DNA from: an uncultured Chthonomonadaceae bacterium
Lineage (GTDB): Bacteria > Armatimonadota > Chthonomonadetes > Chthonomonadales > Chthonomonadaceae
NCBI GenBank assembly: GCA_963835065.1
Contig: CAWIEK010000060.1
Span: 1-64,000 of the forward strand
DNA length: 64,000 bases
Direction of reading: 5' to 3'
In this document: piece by piece, positions 9,468 to 19,825 of the stretch
Layout: every line of letters starts with the position of its first letter
Position numbering within the stretch: the first letter of the stretch is position 1
The notes under the pieces: generated by a model
The model's input: only the letters and a program-made list of their open reading frames with translations
Databases searched by the model: none
What the model was told of the DNA's origin: nothing
Program-made: the position numbers and the translations under genes

Positions 9468-10358
9468 CTAAATCAGCGGATCGCCGCCCGTTACGCCGTA
9501 AATCTGGCCGGTGATGTAACTGCCCGCGTTGGAAGCCAGCAGCACATACACCGGGGCGAGTTCGGCAGGCTGCCCCGCGCGTCCAAGCGGCGTGTCCTGC
9601 CCGAAGGTTTTCACTTTTTCCGGCGGCATGGTGGAAGGGATCAGCGGCGTCCAGATCGGGCCGGGCGCAACCGCGTTGACGCGAATACCCTGTTTCGCCA
9701 CGTCCTGAGCCAGCGCCTTTGTAAAGTTGGTGACAGCCCCTTTCGTCGTCGCGTAGGCCAGCAGCATGGCGTCCGGCTGATAAGATTGAATGGACGTGGT
9801 GTTGATGATGGCTCCTCCCGGCTGCATGTGCGGCAGGGCGGCTTTGCTCAAATGGAACATGGCGTAGATGTTGGTGCGGAAAGTGTAGTCCCACTCTTCG
9901 GAAGGTATTTCCTGAATGCTCTTGTAAGTGCGCTGGAAAGCCGCGTTATTGACGAGAACGTCAATGCGTCCGAACGCCTGCACCGCCTGCTGCACGATTG
10001 CCCGACAGTGCGCTTCGTCACTGATGTCTCCGGCAATCGTGAGCGCCTTGCGCCCCGCTTCCCGCACCAGGCGGGCCGTCTCCTGCGCGTCCTGCTCCTC
10101 ATTGAGATAGGAGAGTACCACGTCTGCGCCCTCGCGGGCAAAGGCAATGGCAACCGCGCGCCCGATGCCGCTGTCCGCGCCGGTGATGAGGGCGATACGA
10201 TCCCGCAATTGATCGTTGCCCACATACGTTTGTTCGCCGTGATCGGCTTTGGGCGTCATTTCAGTTTCGGACCCCGGCGCGGCAATCGGCTGCTGCGGGT
10301 ACTCCGGTTTTGGCTCCAGCTCTTGTGGGTCTTGAGGCTCTATCTGCGTGGTACTCAT
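9468..10358 (-). CDS. SDR oxidoreductase of the YghA/general stress type
   Basis: ITGADSGIGRA, NNAA, YATTK, APGPIWTPLIP. Confidence 0.92.
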   Translation of the reverse strand: MSTTQIEPQDPQELEPKPEYPQQPIAAPGSETEMTPKADHGEQTYVGNDQLRDRIALITGADSGIGRAVAIAFAREGADVVLSYLNEEQDAQETARLVREAGRKALTIAGDISDEAHCRAIVQQAVQAFGRIDVLVNNAAFQRTYKSIQEIPSEEWDYTFRTNIYAMFHLSKAALPHMQPGGAIINTTSIQSYQPDAMLLAYATTKGAVTNFTKALAQDVAKQGIRVNAVAPGPIWTPLIPSTMPPEKVKTFGQDTPLGRAGQPAELAPVYVLLASNAGSYITGQIYGVTGGDPLI

Positions 10359-10645
10359 GCGTGGTATCTCCCTTGCTGTGTTATTTCGGCTCTTTCCTGC
10401 CCCTGGAGGATGAGCGCTTTGCGTAAGACGCAGCAAGCCGGGAGAAGCGCCTCCTACCTCCGGCCTATTTTTAACACCACTTTTTATCGTATGCTGCCGA
10501 CATGGCGGGATATTTGCGGCGGCAACTCTTGCCACTGCCTATGCGTCTTAAAACATAGTGCTGAATGAGCGATGCTGCCGCTAATCTCTATTCCGAACCT
10601 GTTCCGAACACCCATACGCGCAGTCACTTTTAGAAAAGATTTATT

Positions 10646-11647
10646 ATGAGCGTACCTCTTTCCGTTTTGGACCTGATTCCATTGGCTGATGGCTCCAACA
10701 GCCGGCAAGCCCTGCGCAACAGCCTGGAACTTGCCCGACGCGCCGACCAACTTGGCTATACGCGCTACTGGTTTGCCGAACACCACAACATGCCGACAGT
10801 GGTGAGTACCACGCCCGAAATCATGATTGCGATGGCGGCGGAGCAGACGGAACATATTCGCGTCGGTTCGGGGGGCATCATGCTGCCCAACCACACTCCG
10901 CTCAAAGTGGCTGAGTCCTTCAAAATGCTGGAATCCTTGCATCCGGGGCGCATTGATCTGGGACTTGGACGCGCGCCTGGAACCGATCCGGCCACGGCGC
11001 TGGCCCTGCGCGGTTCCCGCGAGGCGCTGTACGCCGAAGACTTCCCTGACCGACTGGCCGAACTGGTGGCCTTCGGCAAGGGCAGCCTTGCCAATCGCAA
11101 TGCGACTGCCGCCGTGACCGCTATGCCGCCGGATGTGTCCCTGCCCCCATTATATCTGCTTGGGTCGAGTGATTTCAGCGCGCGGCTTGCGGCGCGGCTT
11201 GGCATGGGCTTTGCGTTCGCCGCGCACTTCAGCGACTTTCCGCCGGAATTGCCCCTGCGCGGATACCGCGAACAGTTTACGCCGGGCGCTTTGCAGCAGC
11301 CTCACGCTATCCTGACCGTTTCCGTTGTGTGCGCCGACACGGATGCGGAAGCCGAGCGCCTGGCTGCCAGCCTGATGGTCGCGTTTGCCCGGCTGCGCAC
11401 GGGGCAGAAATCCCTGCTGCTCCGTCCCGAAGACGCGCTGGCGTATCCGTTCACACCGCAGGAACTCGCGGTTGTGGAAGCCATGCGCCCCCTGCACATC
11501 ATCGGCTCCCCCGCAGCCGTTCGCCGGCGCATTGAGGCGATGGTTGCGCGAACGCAGGCCGATGAAGTGATGGTCACGACCTTTACGCATGGGCAGCAGG
11601 AGCGCCTGCGCTCCTATGAACTGCTCGCCGCAGTGTTTACCCTGTAA
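10646..11647 (+). CDS. LLM-class (luciferase-like) flavin-dependent oxidoreductase
   Basis: LSVLDL, YWFAEHHN, GSGGIMLPNH, GRIDLGLGRAPG. Confidence 0.92.
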   Translation: MSVPLSVLDLIPLADGSNSRQALRNSLELARRADQLGYTRYWFAEHHNMPTVVSTTPEIMIAMAAEQTEHIRVGSGGIMLPNHTPLKVAESFKMLESLHPGRIDLGLGRAPGTDPATALALRGSREALYAEDFPDRLAELVAFGKGSLANRNATAAVTAMPPDVSLPPLYLLGSSDFSARLAARLGMGFAFAAHFSDFPPELPLRGYREQFTPGALQQPHAILTVSVVCADTDAEAERLAASLMVAFARLRTGQKSLLLRPEDALAYPFTPQELAVVEAMRPLHIIGSPAAVRRRIEAMVARTQADEVMVTTFTHGQQERLRSYELLAAVFTL

Positions 11648-11670
11648 ATCATTCCTTCTCTTAGCCATTG

Positions 11671-12135
11671 TTACGCCAGAAGGAACCGGCTCACCTGCGG
11701 CTTGTGGCTGCGGTCTACTTCGCGGCGCTTGCCCTGCGCTTCGCGTTCACCTCCCAAAAACAGCGTCCACGTATAGGCCATACACACCCCCATGACCAGG
11801 GCTTCCACGCGCTTCTTGTGTTGCAGATGGGTTTTGTCCAGCCGAAAGCCTGGCTCCTTGAAGTCCCGAAACCTCTCTTCAATCCAGAAGCGTCGCCCAC
11901 AGCGGTTGAGATTGTCCTTGCCGACAGGCAAGTTCGAGAGCAAGTAGCAGGGTTCCTCTTTTGATCAAGACGGCTCCCCCGCAGTTAGACGCAAACGCCC
12001 CGATAGGGTATCATAATTCGTACAAGGCTGTTTCATGGTTGACCTCGGTGAGCATGTGGGTTGGCGCTTACATTCTACCAACTTTGTCACCGAAACAGTC
12101 TTGTTCTCCTATCGCAAAATCTGAAGGTTCGTCAG
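11671..12135 (-). mobile_element. Internally deleted IS4-family element remnant
   Basis: Transposase C-terminal fragment (RFWIEERFRDFK-GFRL) joined to a ~150 bp left end starting CTGACGAACCTTCAG that matches 56255-56405. Confidence 0.78.
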
Positions 12136-12185
12136 ACCGAATTGTCAAACTTAAATGACGTTCGCAGCTTTACAGGGACGGTTGA

Positions 12186-12644
12186 ATGACAATAGACGAG
12201 AATATCATTTCCGCTTTGAACCCGCTTGTTATGCCAATACAAGTTCGATATAGCGATACGGACGCGATGGGGCATATCAACAACGCCGTGTACCACGTCT
12301 ATCTGGAGTGTTGCCGGATCGGCTTTATGGACGCGCTGAACCTGCCGAAACACGGCGACGACAGCCGCCCGCCGATCATCATGGCGCGTACTGAAATTGA
12401 CTTTCTCAAACCCGGCTTTGTGGGCGATACGATTGCGGTATCCGGCTGGCTGACGGCAGTGGGCAACAAGAGTTTTACCATGCGGTTCAGCATAGATGCG
12501 GAAGAACGGGGTTGTTTGGCGCGGGCGGTGGGCGTACAGGTCTGGTACGACTATGCGGTGGATCGCAGCGTACCGATTCCCGATGAAGTGCGTACTCTGT
12601 TTGAACGATTGCTGCAAGCCGGTCAGGACGGCAGGCAGGCGTAA
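12186..12644 (+). CDS. Acyl-CoA thioesterase (hotdog fold, YbgC/4HBT family)
   Basis: VRYSDTDAMGHINNAVY. Confidence 0.9.
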   Translation: MTIDENIISALNPLVMPIQVRYSDTDAMGHINNAVYHVYLECCRIGFMDALNLPKHGDDSRPPIIMARTEIDFLKPGFVGDTIAVSGWLTAVGNKSFTMRFSIDAEERGCLARAVGVQVWYDYAVDRSVPIPDEVRTLFERLLQAGQDGRQA

Positions 12645-12679
12645 CGGCATTTGGTTTTGCTTTCCAAAAGGAGAAACCG

Positions 12680-13042
12680 ATGAACACGTCAGAACAGGCG
12701 AACACAACATTGATCGCAGGCAGCAGCCTTCGGGCGCAGGCGAACTCCAGAGAAGCGGCCATGCAGCTTGCCGCGCAGGGAAAGCTGGAAAGGCTGCTGT
12801 TGATGCCTGTGGAGTTCGGCGGCGTGGACGCGACAGTGAATGTCGTGTACGTTCCCTCGGGCGTCGTGCAGGAGAAAAGCCAATTCGACGCGCTGGTGAC
12901 AAAACTCGTCGCGCAGGGCGAAGTCAGCTATCAGGCCACGCCGGAGTACGACGACGACAGCTTCATTCCATCCCGCATCGAACTGCAAGCCTCCGGTCCC
13001 GAATGGCTGATGCATGTGATTGATGTAGACGCCTACCTGTAA
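12680..13042 (+). CDS. Hypothetical protein
   Basis: AAGGAG RBS; PVEFGG and YDDDSFIP motifs. Confidence 0.65.
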   Translation: MNTSEQANTTLIAGSSLRAQANSREAAMQLAAQGKLERLLLMPVEFGGVDATVNVVYVPSGVVQEKSQFDALVTKLVAQGEVSYQATPEYDDDSFIPSRIELQASGPEWLMHVIDVDAYL

Positions 13043-13158
13043 ACCTATGCCGCGCCCTGATGCCGCCGCTTTGAACATGTTCAAGACAATTGCCTGCATC
13101 TATTTGCGTATATTCGCGTGTATTTGCGGCTACTTTCATAGATCAAGGAAGCAAAACC

Positions 13159-14211
13159 ATGCCGACAGATATTGCTGACGAGGAAATCATGCTTGCGGTT
13201 AGAGATTTGCGCCTGAAAGTCTCGCCTTATGGCGCGTCGCTGCGCGGGCTGTGGCGCGAAACGGCGGACGGGCAGAAGCACGACATTATCACGGGCTACA
13301 CGGGCGCGAAGGGCAAAGTGGGGGGGCAGGGCGACGCGCTGATCCCGTTTCCGGGGCGCGTTCGGGACGGGAAATACACCTTTGACGGCCAAACCTACGA
13401 AATGAACCGCAACGACAAGGACGGACCGAACGCCATTCACGGTTTTCTGCGGCTTGTCGCGTGGGAAACGGAAGCGCAAACCGAAAATTGGGTTCGGTTC
13501 GCCGTCTCGCTTGATCCCACCGCGCATCCCGGCTATCCCTTCGCGCTGCGGGCAAGCGTTTTGTACATGCTGGACCAAAACCGCTTTTCCTGCCGGTACA
13601 CGCTGGAAAATACAGGACGGCAGGCCGCGCCCGTTGCGGTCGGGTTTCATCCGTACTTTACGGTCGGCTCGGAATCCATCAACGCGGATACGCTGCATCT
13701 GCCGTTCGCGGATACGCTGGAAATGGCGAACCTGTTGCCGACAGGACAGATTGTGCCGGTAGAGGGAACATCGTTCGACTTTCGGCAGCCGCGACAGATT
13801 GGCGAGACGGTTTTCAACACCTGTTTTCTCAACCCCCTTCGTGACGCGGACGGTTTGCTGCGTATATGCCTTGCCGACGCAAACAACGAACGCGCGCTTA
13901 CGGTCTGGATGGACGATACCTTTCGTTACGTCGTGCTGTATTCCGGCGATCCGTTGCCCGAACCCCACCGCCGCCGTTCGCTTGCCATTGAACCCATGAC
14001 CTGCGCATCCGATGCTTTCAACCATCCCGAATGGGGCTTGGTACGCCTGGAACCGGGGCAGACATTTGCCGGCGCGTGGGGCGTCAACTTCTTGAGGCAC
14101 AAAAGAGTCGCCATAGCGAAAGCCGCTGATGTTCAAACGTATCCGCGAGTATTGGGAGGCGCGACTGCGCGACAAGAATGGACTGACGCCCGCACAGAAC
14201 CGCGCTGTTAA
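13159..14211 (+). CDS. Aldose 1-epimerase family protein
   Basis: LIPFPGRVRDG, AIHG, GFHPYF, LAIEPMT; the last ~35 aa overlap the next gene and may be an artefact. Confidence 0.88.
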   Translation: MPTDIADEEIMLAVRDLRLKVSPYGASLRGLWRETADGQKHDIITGYTGAKGKVGGQGDALIPFPGRVRDGKYTFDGQTYEMNRNDKDGPNAIHGFLRLVAWETEAQTENWVRFAVSLDPTAHPGYPFALRASVLYMLDQNRFSCRYTLENTGRQAAPVAVGFHPYFTVGSESINADTLHLPFADTLEMANLLPTGQIVPVEGTSFDFRQPRQIGETVFNTCFLNPLRDADGLLRICLADANNERALTVWMDDTFRYVVLYSGDPLPEPHRRRSLAIEPMTCASDAFNHPEWGLVRLEPGQTFAGAWGVNFLRHKRVAIAKAADVQTYPRVLGGATARQEWTDARTEPRC

Positions 14212-14698
14212 GGAATGGCTGCAAAAGCCGCGCCCCGGCATCCAGGACTATCGGCGCAAATTTAGAGCGGCTCCCCTGGGAACATGGAGACACGCGGAAG
14301 GCACGTTTTCTATCGTTATGGATGAGCGCTGGCAGTTCAGCCCCGATCACACGGGCATAAGAACGGAGTATGGCCCCTTTGGTCACGAGCGCGGGCAAAT
14401 GCTATTTATTTGGAAAGAAGTGGCGGATTTTACCATTGCCTGTTGGCCCGAAATGGAACGGGAAGCCGACAAAACGTTGGATGCGGACGGGGATGAAGAA
14501 GAACCGGAGGAAAGTGGGCGGAACGAATGGGAAATTATTCGCTATGACTTCCGAACCGTGCTTGTGGAAGGCGCGGAAATCATCGCCATGAGCCGCGTCA
14601 CGCAGGAAGGCGAATGGCAATCCGGTTTCTGGCATAGTATGACGCCGCTGGCTTATAGCGGCGAGTGGCAGCCTTCCGAAATAGGAGACACCGCGTAA
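14129..14698 (+). CDS. Hypothetical protein
   Basis: Open frame with plausible composition between co-oriented genes. Confidence 0.55.
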   Translation: MFKRIREYWEARLRDKNGLTPAQNRAVKEWLQKPRPGIQDYRRKFRAAPLGTWRHAEGTFSIVMDERWQFSPDHTGIRTEYGPFGHERGQMLFIWKEVADFTIACWPEMEREADKTLDADGDEEEPEESGRNEWEIIRYDFRTVLVEGAEIIAMSRVTQEGEWQSGFWHSMTPLAYSGEWQPSEIGDTA

Positions 14699-14717
14699 AA
14701 CAGGAGGCGCAGCAAGC

Positions 14718-15674
14718 ATGGACTTTCTCAAACTGCCGTTCTTCCGGGAATTGGACAAAGCGCAAACCATTCTGCTGGCCGGGTGCGGCGGCGGGTACGA
14801 CATTTACTGCGGCCTGCCGCTGTACTTTGGGCTTGCGGGCAATGGGCAAAACCGTGCATCTTGCCAATCTGTCGTTTTCGCCCCTCCATGCCTCGACGGG
14901 GCGCAAATTGCCGGGCGGCATGGTGGCAGTCAACAAAAAGACGGAAGGTTCCGAGCGCTACTTTCCCGAAATATACCTGGCGCAGTGGCTCGCGTCCGAG
15001 GGCATGGAGGTTCCAATCTACTGCCTGGGACGCGCGGGCGTGAAGCCGCTCACAACCGCTTATAACTGGATGGTGGAAAACCTGAACGTAGACTCGATTC
15101 TGCTCATTGACGGTGGCACGGACAGCCTGATGCGCGGCGACGAAATCGGGTTGGGAACGCCCGAAGAGGACTGCGTCAGTATCGCGGCTGTCCATCAAAT
15201 GAATGTTGCCAATAAGTGGCTTGTCTGCCTGGGGTTCGGCGTGGATACGTTTCACGGCGTCTGCCATGCGCAGTTTTTGGAAGCGGTTGCCGACCTGAAC
15301 CGAACGGGCGGGTTTTTGGGCGCGTGGACGCTGACGCCGGACATGCCCGAAGTGCAGCAGTACGCTTCCGCCTGCAACTATACGCACAAGCGCATGTTCA
15401 ACAATCCAAGTATCGTGTCGTCTTCGATTCTGTCCGCCGTTGCCGGGCATTTCGGCGATTATCATGCCACACCCGCACGGAAGGCAGCGAACTGTTTATC
15501 AACCCGCTAATGACGCTGTATTGGGCGTTCCAACTGGACGCGGTTGCAAACCGAAACCTGTACCTGGACGAACTGCGCGACACGGAAAACTACCAGGACG
15601 TCATCAACGTGATTCACGCCTTCCGCGCCCGTAATCTGGCGAATATCAAGGACTGGCAGAGTTTGCCGATGTGA
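14718..15674 (+). CDS. DUF1152 family protein; two frameshifts (~14836, ~15473)
   Basis: LAGCGGGYD, IDGGTDSLMRGDE, GFGVDTFHG and LFINPLM distributed over three frames. Confidence 0.8.
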
Positions 15675-15746
15675 AGTTGGTGGCTGGTGGCTGGTGGTTA
15701 ATTTTTGTTACTCCGGTTTGTCTGCTGACGGAATGGGTGAAGGATT

Positions 15747-16826
15747 TTGGGAGATGGAGGAACGGGTTTGAAACGAATACGGACTGCGAGGGTTTGGTTT
15801 GGCGCGTTGATGGCTTTGTTGTTTCTGGCGCATGGGCGGGCGTGGGCGATGGATGAGGATTATAAGGAAAAGATCAACGGCACGATGCTGCACTTTCGGG
15901 TGCGCGGAACCGATAAAGCCAATCCTTACCTCGTTATTCTGCACGGCGGGCCGGGGTTTTCTTCGCACATGTTTTATGGGTGGGGAACCTCGCTGGAAAC
16001 CGCGCTTAATGTCGTGTACCTGGATCAGCGCGGAAGCGGCGAGTCGGAACATCTCAAAATCGCTAATCTTGCGTCCGTCAAACCCGGTGAAATCAAGGAC
16101 TACACAGTTGCCAACCTGCTCAAAGACATTGAGGGAGTGCGCGAATTTCTGAAGGTGGACAAGTGGTACGTGCTGGGGCACTCATGGGGCGGTATGCTCG
16201 GACTTGAGTACGTCACGACGCGCCCGGAGCATGTCCTGGGCTACATCCATATAGACGGCCTGATTTCGCAGCCGATGGCGCAGGATGCCATTCTCGACAG
16301 GGCGCAGGCGAAGTGGCAACCGGCAGCCGACAGCCCCGACAACGCGAAAAAGCAGGAAGCCCAAAAACAACTAAAATCCATTGCCACCATCCGAACGATG
16401 AAACCGGGTGAGGAGCGGCTGCGATTAACCTTCGGATTCATTTATGCCATGTTCGGCGAGTTGTACTATGCCAAACCCGAAGCTATGGCGCAGGGCAACA
16501 GGCAGATCGCGGAAGCAATCAAGGCGTACCATGTTCCCTTCGCGGCATTGATGGCAAACGAGCCGGCAGTCGCGTTGGTCGCCAATGACCACTACGCTTC
16601 GCGCGATGATACGCCCCTGCTGTCCAAAGTCGCCGTGCCGACCCTGATTATCAACGGCAAACAGGACGGCCTGATTACGCCCAAAATGGCGGAACTGGCA
16701 CACGCCAACATCAAAGCCTCGCGCCTTGAAATTTTTGACGACTGCGGGCACTTTCCGTTTATCGAACAGCCGAAGAAGACAACAGAAGCGATTTTACAGT
16801 TCACCACGAAAACGACTAAAGAGTGA
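15747..16826 (+). CDS. Secreted alpha/beta hydrolase (proline iminopeptidase-like)
   Basis: Signal peptide; LHGGPG, DQRGSG, GHSWGG, D and H catalytic residues. Confidence 0.9.
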   Translation: MGDGGTGLKRIRTARVWFGALMALLFLAHGRAWAMDEDYKEKINGTMLHFRVRGTDKANPYLVILHGGPGFSSHMFYGWGTSLETALNVVYLDQRGSGESEHLKIANLASVKPGEIKDYTVANLLKDIEGVREFLKVDKWYVLGHSWGGMLGLEYVTTRPEHVLGYIHIDGLISQPMAQDAILDRAQAKWQPAADSPDNAKKQEAQKQLKSIATIRTMKPGEERLRLTFGFIYAMFGELYYAKPEAMAQGNRQIAEAIKAYHVPFAALMANEPAVALVANDHYASRDDTPLLSKVAVPTLIINGKQDGLITPKMAELAHANIKASRLEIFDDCGHFPFIEQPKKTTEAILQFTTKTTKE

Positions 16827-16841
16827 GAACGGAGTAAGCGG

Positions 16842-17621
16842 ATGCTTTATGCGGAGCGCATCTGGACGCAGATACCGGAGCAGGCACACAAGGTTGTGGT
16901 GCTGACATTAGGCTCTCTGGAACAGCACGGACACCATTTGCCGATGCTGACGGATACCATGATCGGCACGGAAATCGCCAGACGGGCGGAAGCGGAATTG
17001 GGCGAGGAAGCGTTGTTTTTGCCGCCGCTGTGGGTGGGTGCGTCGGATCATCACCGGAAGTTTCCCGGCACGGTCAGCATCAGCAACGAGGTCTATGTGC
17101 GCGTCCTGGTGGATATGCTGGAAAGTCTGATCGGCAGCGGGTTCCGGCGCATCTTTCTGCTCAACGCGCACGGCGGCAACATCACGCCGGGACGCATGGC
17201 GATTTATGACGTACAACTGCGGCATCGGGACAAGCCGGAATTGTGGCTGGCTTTCAGCAGTTGGTGGACGATTGCGGCCGGCCAGATTGCGGCCATCCCC
17301 GCCTTGGAGCAGAAAATCGTCACCCACGCCTGCGAGTTGGAATCCAGCATGATTTTGCGCCTGCGCCCGGAATTGGTACGGATGGAAGCGGCGCGGGGCG
17401 CGACAATCCCCTTTGAGTCGGCGTTTTACACGCCGGATTTTCATGCCGAAAGCCGCATAGATATTCCGCGCAGCTTCGATCAGTTGAGTGAAACCGGCGC
17501 GTTCGGGCATCCCGAAATCTCCACGCCGGAAAAGGGCGAAAGCCTGTTTGCGGCGGCAACGCAGGAAGTCGTGTCTTTCGTCCGCGAATTTTCTACCTGG
17601 CAGCCGTTTGCCCCACATTAG
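16842..17621 (+). CDS. Creatininase/creatinine amidohydrolase family protein
   Basis: GSLEQHGHHLP-TD, NAHGGN, HACELES. Confidence 0.92.
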   Translation: MLYAERIWTQIPEQAHKVVVLTLGSLEQHGHHLPMLTDTMIGTEIARRAEAELGEEALFLPPLWVGASDHHRKFPGTVSISNEVYVRVLVDMLESLIGSGFRRIFLLNAHGGNITPGRMAIYDVQLRHRDKPELWLAFSSWWTIAAGQIAAIPALEQKIVTHACELESSMILRLRPELVRMEAARGATIPFESAFYTPDFHAESRIDIPRSFDQLSETGAFGHPEISTPEKGESLFAAATQEVVSFVREFSTWQPFAPH

Positions 17622-17649
17622 AACAGACACCCTGGTTCTATCGGTCTAA

Positions 17650-17742
17650 GAGCCTATCCCGGTTGGCCGGGTATTGAAAATACCCGGCAGGAAAGTGCAA
17701 GCGTCCTACGGACGCAAGGACAAGCCCTATCGGGATAGGCTC
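17650..17742. mobile_element. MITE copy 2 (93 bp), inverted relative to copy 1
   Basis: Perfect 11 bp TIR GAGCCTATCCC / GGGATAGGCTC flanked by TAA on both sides. Confidence 0.82.
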
Positions 17743-17801
17743 TAAGCCAATCACCAGCCACCAACCACCAACCACCAATCACCTATGGAAAAGAGCGTGC
17801 C

Positions 17802-18128
17802 ATGCCGAGCGAGGATGCTGTTTACGAACAAGAGGTTTTGGACGCGCAAGAGGAATTGCCACCCGCGCTTGCGCGCTACCGCCATGCGCGCGTCACCATT
17901 CATTACACCAATGCCGTAAGCGATACCGGGACGCTGACGTATCTGGATCGCAGTTGGGCGGAATTGCTCAAAGACAGTGGCGAGCGCCTGCTGATTCCTT
18001 TGCAGGCCATTCGTATACTGAAATTGGTGAAAGCAGCGGAAACTTCCGAAGACGCGAACATGCTGCTGCGCGCCGCGGATGCGCGCCCGTTACCGCCTGA
18101 CACGACAAAGCAGATAGGATCCAAGTGA
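17802..18128 (+). CDS. Hypothetical protein (possible Sm-like small beta fold)
   Basis: GTLTYLD...ERLLIPLQAI pattern; stop overlaps the next start. Confidence 0.6.
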   Translation: MPSEDAVYEQEVLDAQEELPPALARYRHARVTIHYTNAVSDTGTLTYLDRSWAELLKDSGERLLIPLQAIRILKLVKAAETSEDANMLLRAADARPLPPDTTKQIGSK

Positions 18129-18805
18129 ACCGACCATCCAATAAACCTTCCGGCGCATCGTCTGGTGGCAGCCGCGCCGGCAAAAAGCGCAACATCGGCC
18201 ACAAGCGCGACGAGAAAGGCCGAACCGTTTACAAGCGCCCGCGCCCCTCCGCGCGCTCCGCGTCACGCCAGAAAAACGCCGGTACAGGCGGTTTCCAAAT
18301 CATCGAGCGAACGGCAGGAGGCACGCCCAACACCCAACACCCAACACCCAACACCGGCGTCTTCCGCGTCCTGATCGCCGTGCATCGCCCCCGTTTTCGC
18401 GGGCGTTCGCAGCGCGCGGCGGCATTGGAAGGCTGGGAAGTGACGGCCTTGCTCAACAAGCAGGACCCGGTGGGAATGTGCGCCAAGCCGCCGCGCCCGC
18501 CCGACTTGCTGATCCTGTCGGAAGATTTCGGGCGGCAGAAAGACCTGGCAATTTTCCGCGCCGTGCAAAAGTACCGCGAACAGGGCATGGTGATTGTCGG
18601 ATTGGTGGAGGATTGCCAGACCGCGCCCGAAGGTTTCCCCGATTCGGTTCCCGCCGACTTGTGCGACGTGTGCCTGGAACCGCCGTACAAAACCGCCGAT
18701 TTACGCGCCCTGTTTATGGAAGTGTACGAGGAGTTGCGCGGCCAACCTGCGCCTCCGCCCCTTGCCAAAGGCGCCATCGAAGCGGACGAAGACGAAGACG
18801 GCTGA
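18125..18805 (+). CDS. Hypothetical protein: basic disordered N-terminus and a degenerate receiver-like domain
   Basis: RVLIAV...PPDLLILS...CLEPPYKTADL resembles a CheY-like fold without the Asp; in-frame (CCCAACA)n. Confidence 0.55.
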   Translation: MNRPSNKPSGASSGGSRAGKKRNIGHKRDEKGRTVYKRPRPSARSASRQKNAGTGGFQIIERTAGGTPNTQHPTPNTGVFRVLIAVHRPRFRGRSQRAAALEGWEVTALLNKQDPVGMCAKPPRPPDLLILSEDFGRQKDLAIFRAVQKYREQGMVIVGLVEDCQTAPEGFPDSVPADLCDVCLEPPYKTADLRALFMEVYEELRGQPAPPPLAKGAIEADEDEDG

Positions 18806-18999
18806 GGCTTTGGAATATGATGGTATAATAGACGAACAACAAAACTTTTTCAACTGATTTCGGTTGCCGGCGCGAAGAGCCGCGAGAGAAACTCGCTGTT
18901 TGTCGCAAGGGAGGCCGGAAGGGAGCCGCAGACACCGTACGCATCTGGCGTACCGGTCAAGCGCGCCCCTTCCGGCCTCCCTTTGCTTTGGAACAATCT

Positions 19000-19722
19000 A
19001 TGCAAAATTCACCTGCACAAAATTTACAAACTACAGAACCGGCTTTGCGCGCTGTGGGGGAAGCGTCTCCTGCCGCGCTGCTGGACCCTATCAGCCAGAA
19101 CATCGCTACGGTTGCGGAATTGCGGGCGCGGGCGGAGCATGAGGTGGATCGCCATCAGCGCACTGCAGAACGGATTACGGCCTGGCTGGGCCGTCCGCGC
19201 TTCCTGTATTTGCTGATGTTTGTGATGAGCGCGTGGGTAGCGGTCAATGTCCTCGCGCCGCATTTCCATGCCGCGCCCTTTGACCCCTCCCCGTTCAACC
19301 TGCTGATCAGCGTAGTCAATGTGGGCGCGCTCCTGATGGCAACCCTTGTTTTGATTACCCAGAACCGCCAGGGCAAACTCGCCGAGCGGCGCGAACAACT
19401 GGACCTGCAAATCAACATGCTCAACGATCAGCGCACCGCAAAGATCATCGCCCTTCTGGAAGAACTGCGCCGGGATATGCCGACTGTCCACAACCGAACC
19501 GATCCCGAAGCCGACGCCCTTTCCGAAACCATCAATCCCAAAGAAGTGCTGGCGGCTCTGGAAACCCGCTTGGAAGAGGCCATGGAAAGCGCTGCAGACA
19601 TGCAGGCGGCTGCCGAAGAGGTGGAGCAGGAAGTGGAAAGCGCGCTTCACGAGGCGGCGGCTTTGCAGCGGCAAGGTGTCGGGGCTACGTTCGCGCCGCC
19701 GAAAACGCCGCAACAACTATAG
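19000..19722 (+). CDS. DUF1003 family membrane protein
   Basis: FDPSPFNLL, VLITQNRQ, LDLQINML. Confidence 0.85.
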   Translation: MQNSPAQNLQTTEPALRAVGEASPAALLDPISQNIATVAELRARAEHEVDRHQRTAERITAWLGRPRFLYLLMFVMSAWVAVNVLAPHFHAAPFDPSPFNLLISVVNVGALLMATLVLITQNRQGKLAERREQLDLQINMLNDQRTAKIIALLEELRRDMPTVHNRTDPEADALSETINPKEVLAALETRLEEAMESAADMQAAAEEVEQEVESALHEAAALQRQGVGATFAPPKTPQQL

Positions 19723-19755
19723 TACGGACCAATTTAGAACCTATCCCCATCGGTT

Positions 19756-19797
19756 CCCCTTCTCCCAACTTTGGGAGAAGGGGTTAAGGGTTGAGGG
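19756..19797. repeat. CCCCT(T)CTCC...GGAGA(A)GGGG hairpin repeat family
   Basis: Related copies at 34150-34215, 36092-36138, 53421-53454 and 61559-61611. Confidence 0.75.
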
Positions 19798-19825
19798 CCA
19801 TTTAATATAAAAAGGAAGCCGCATT

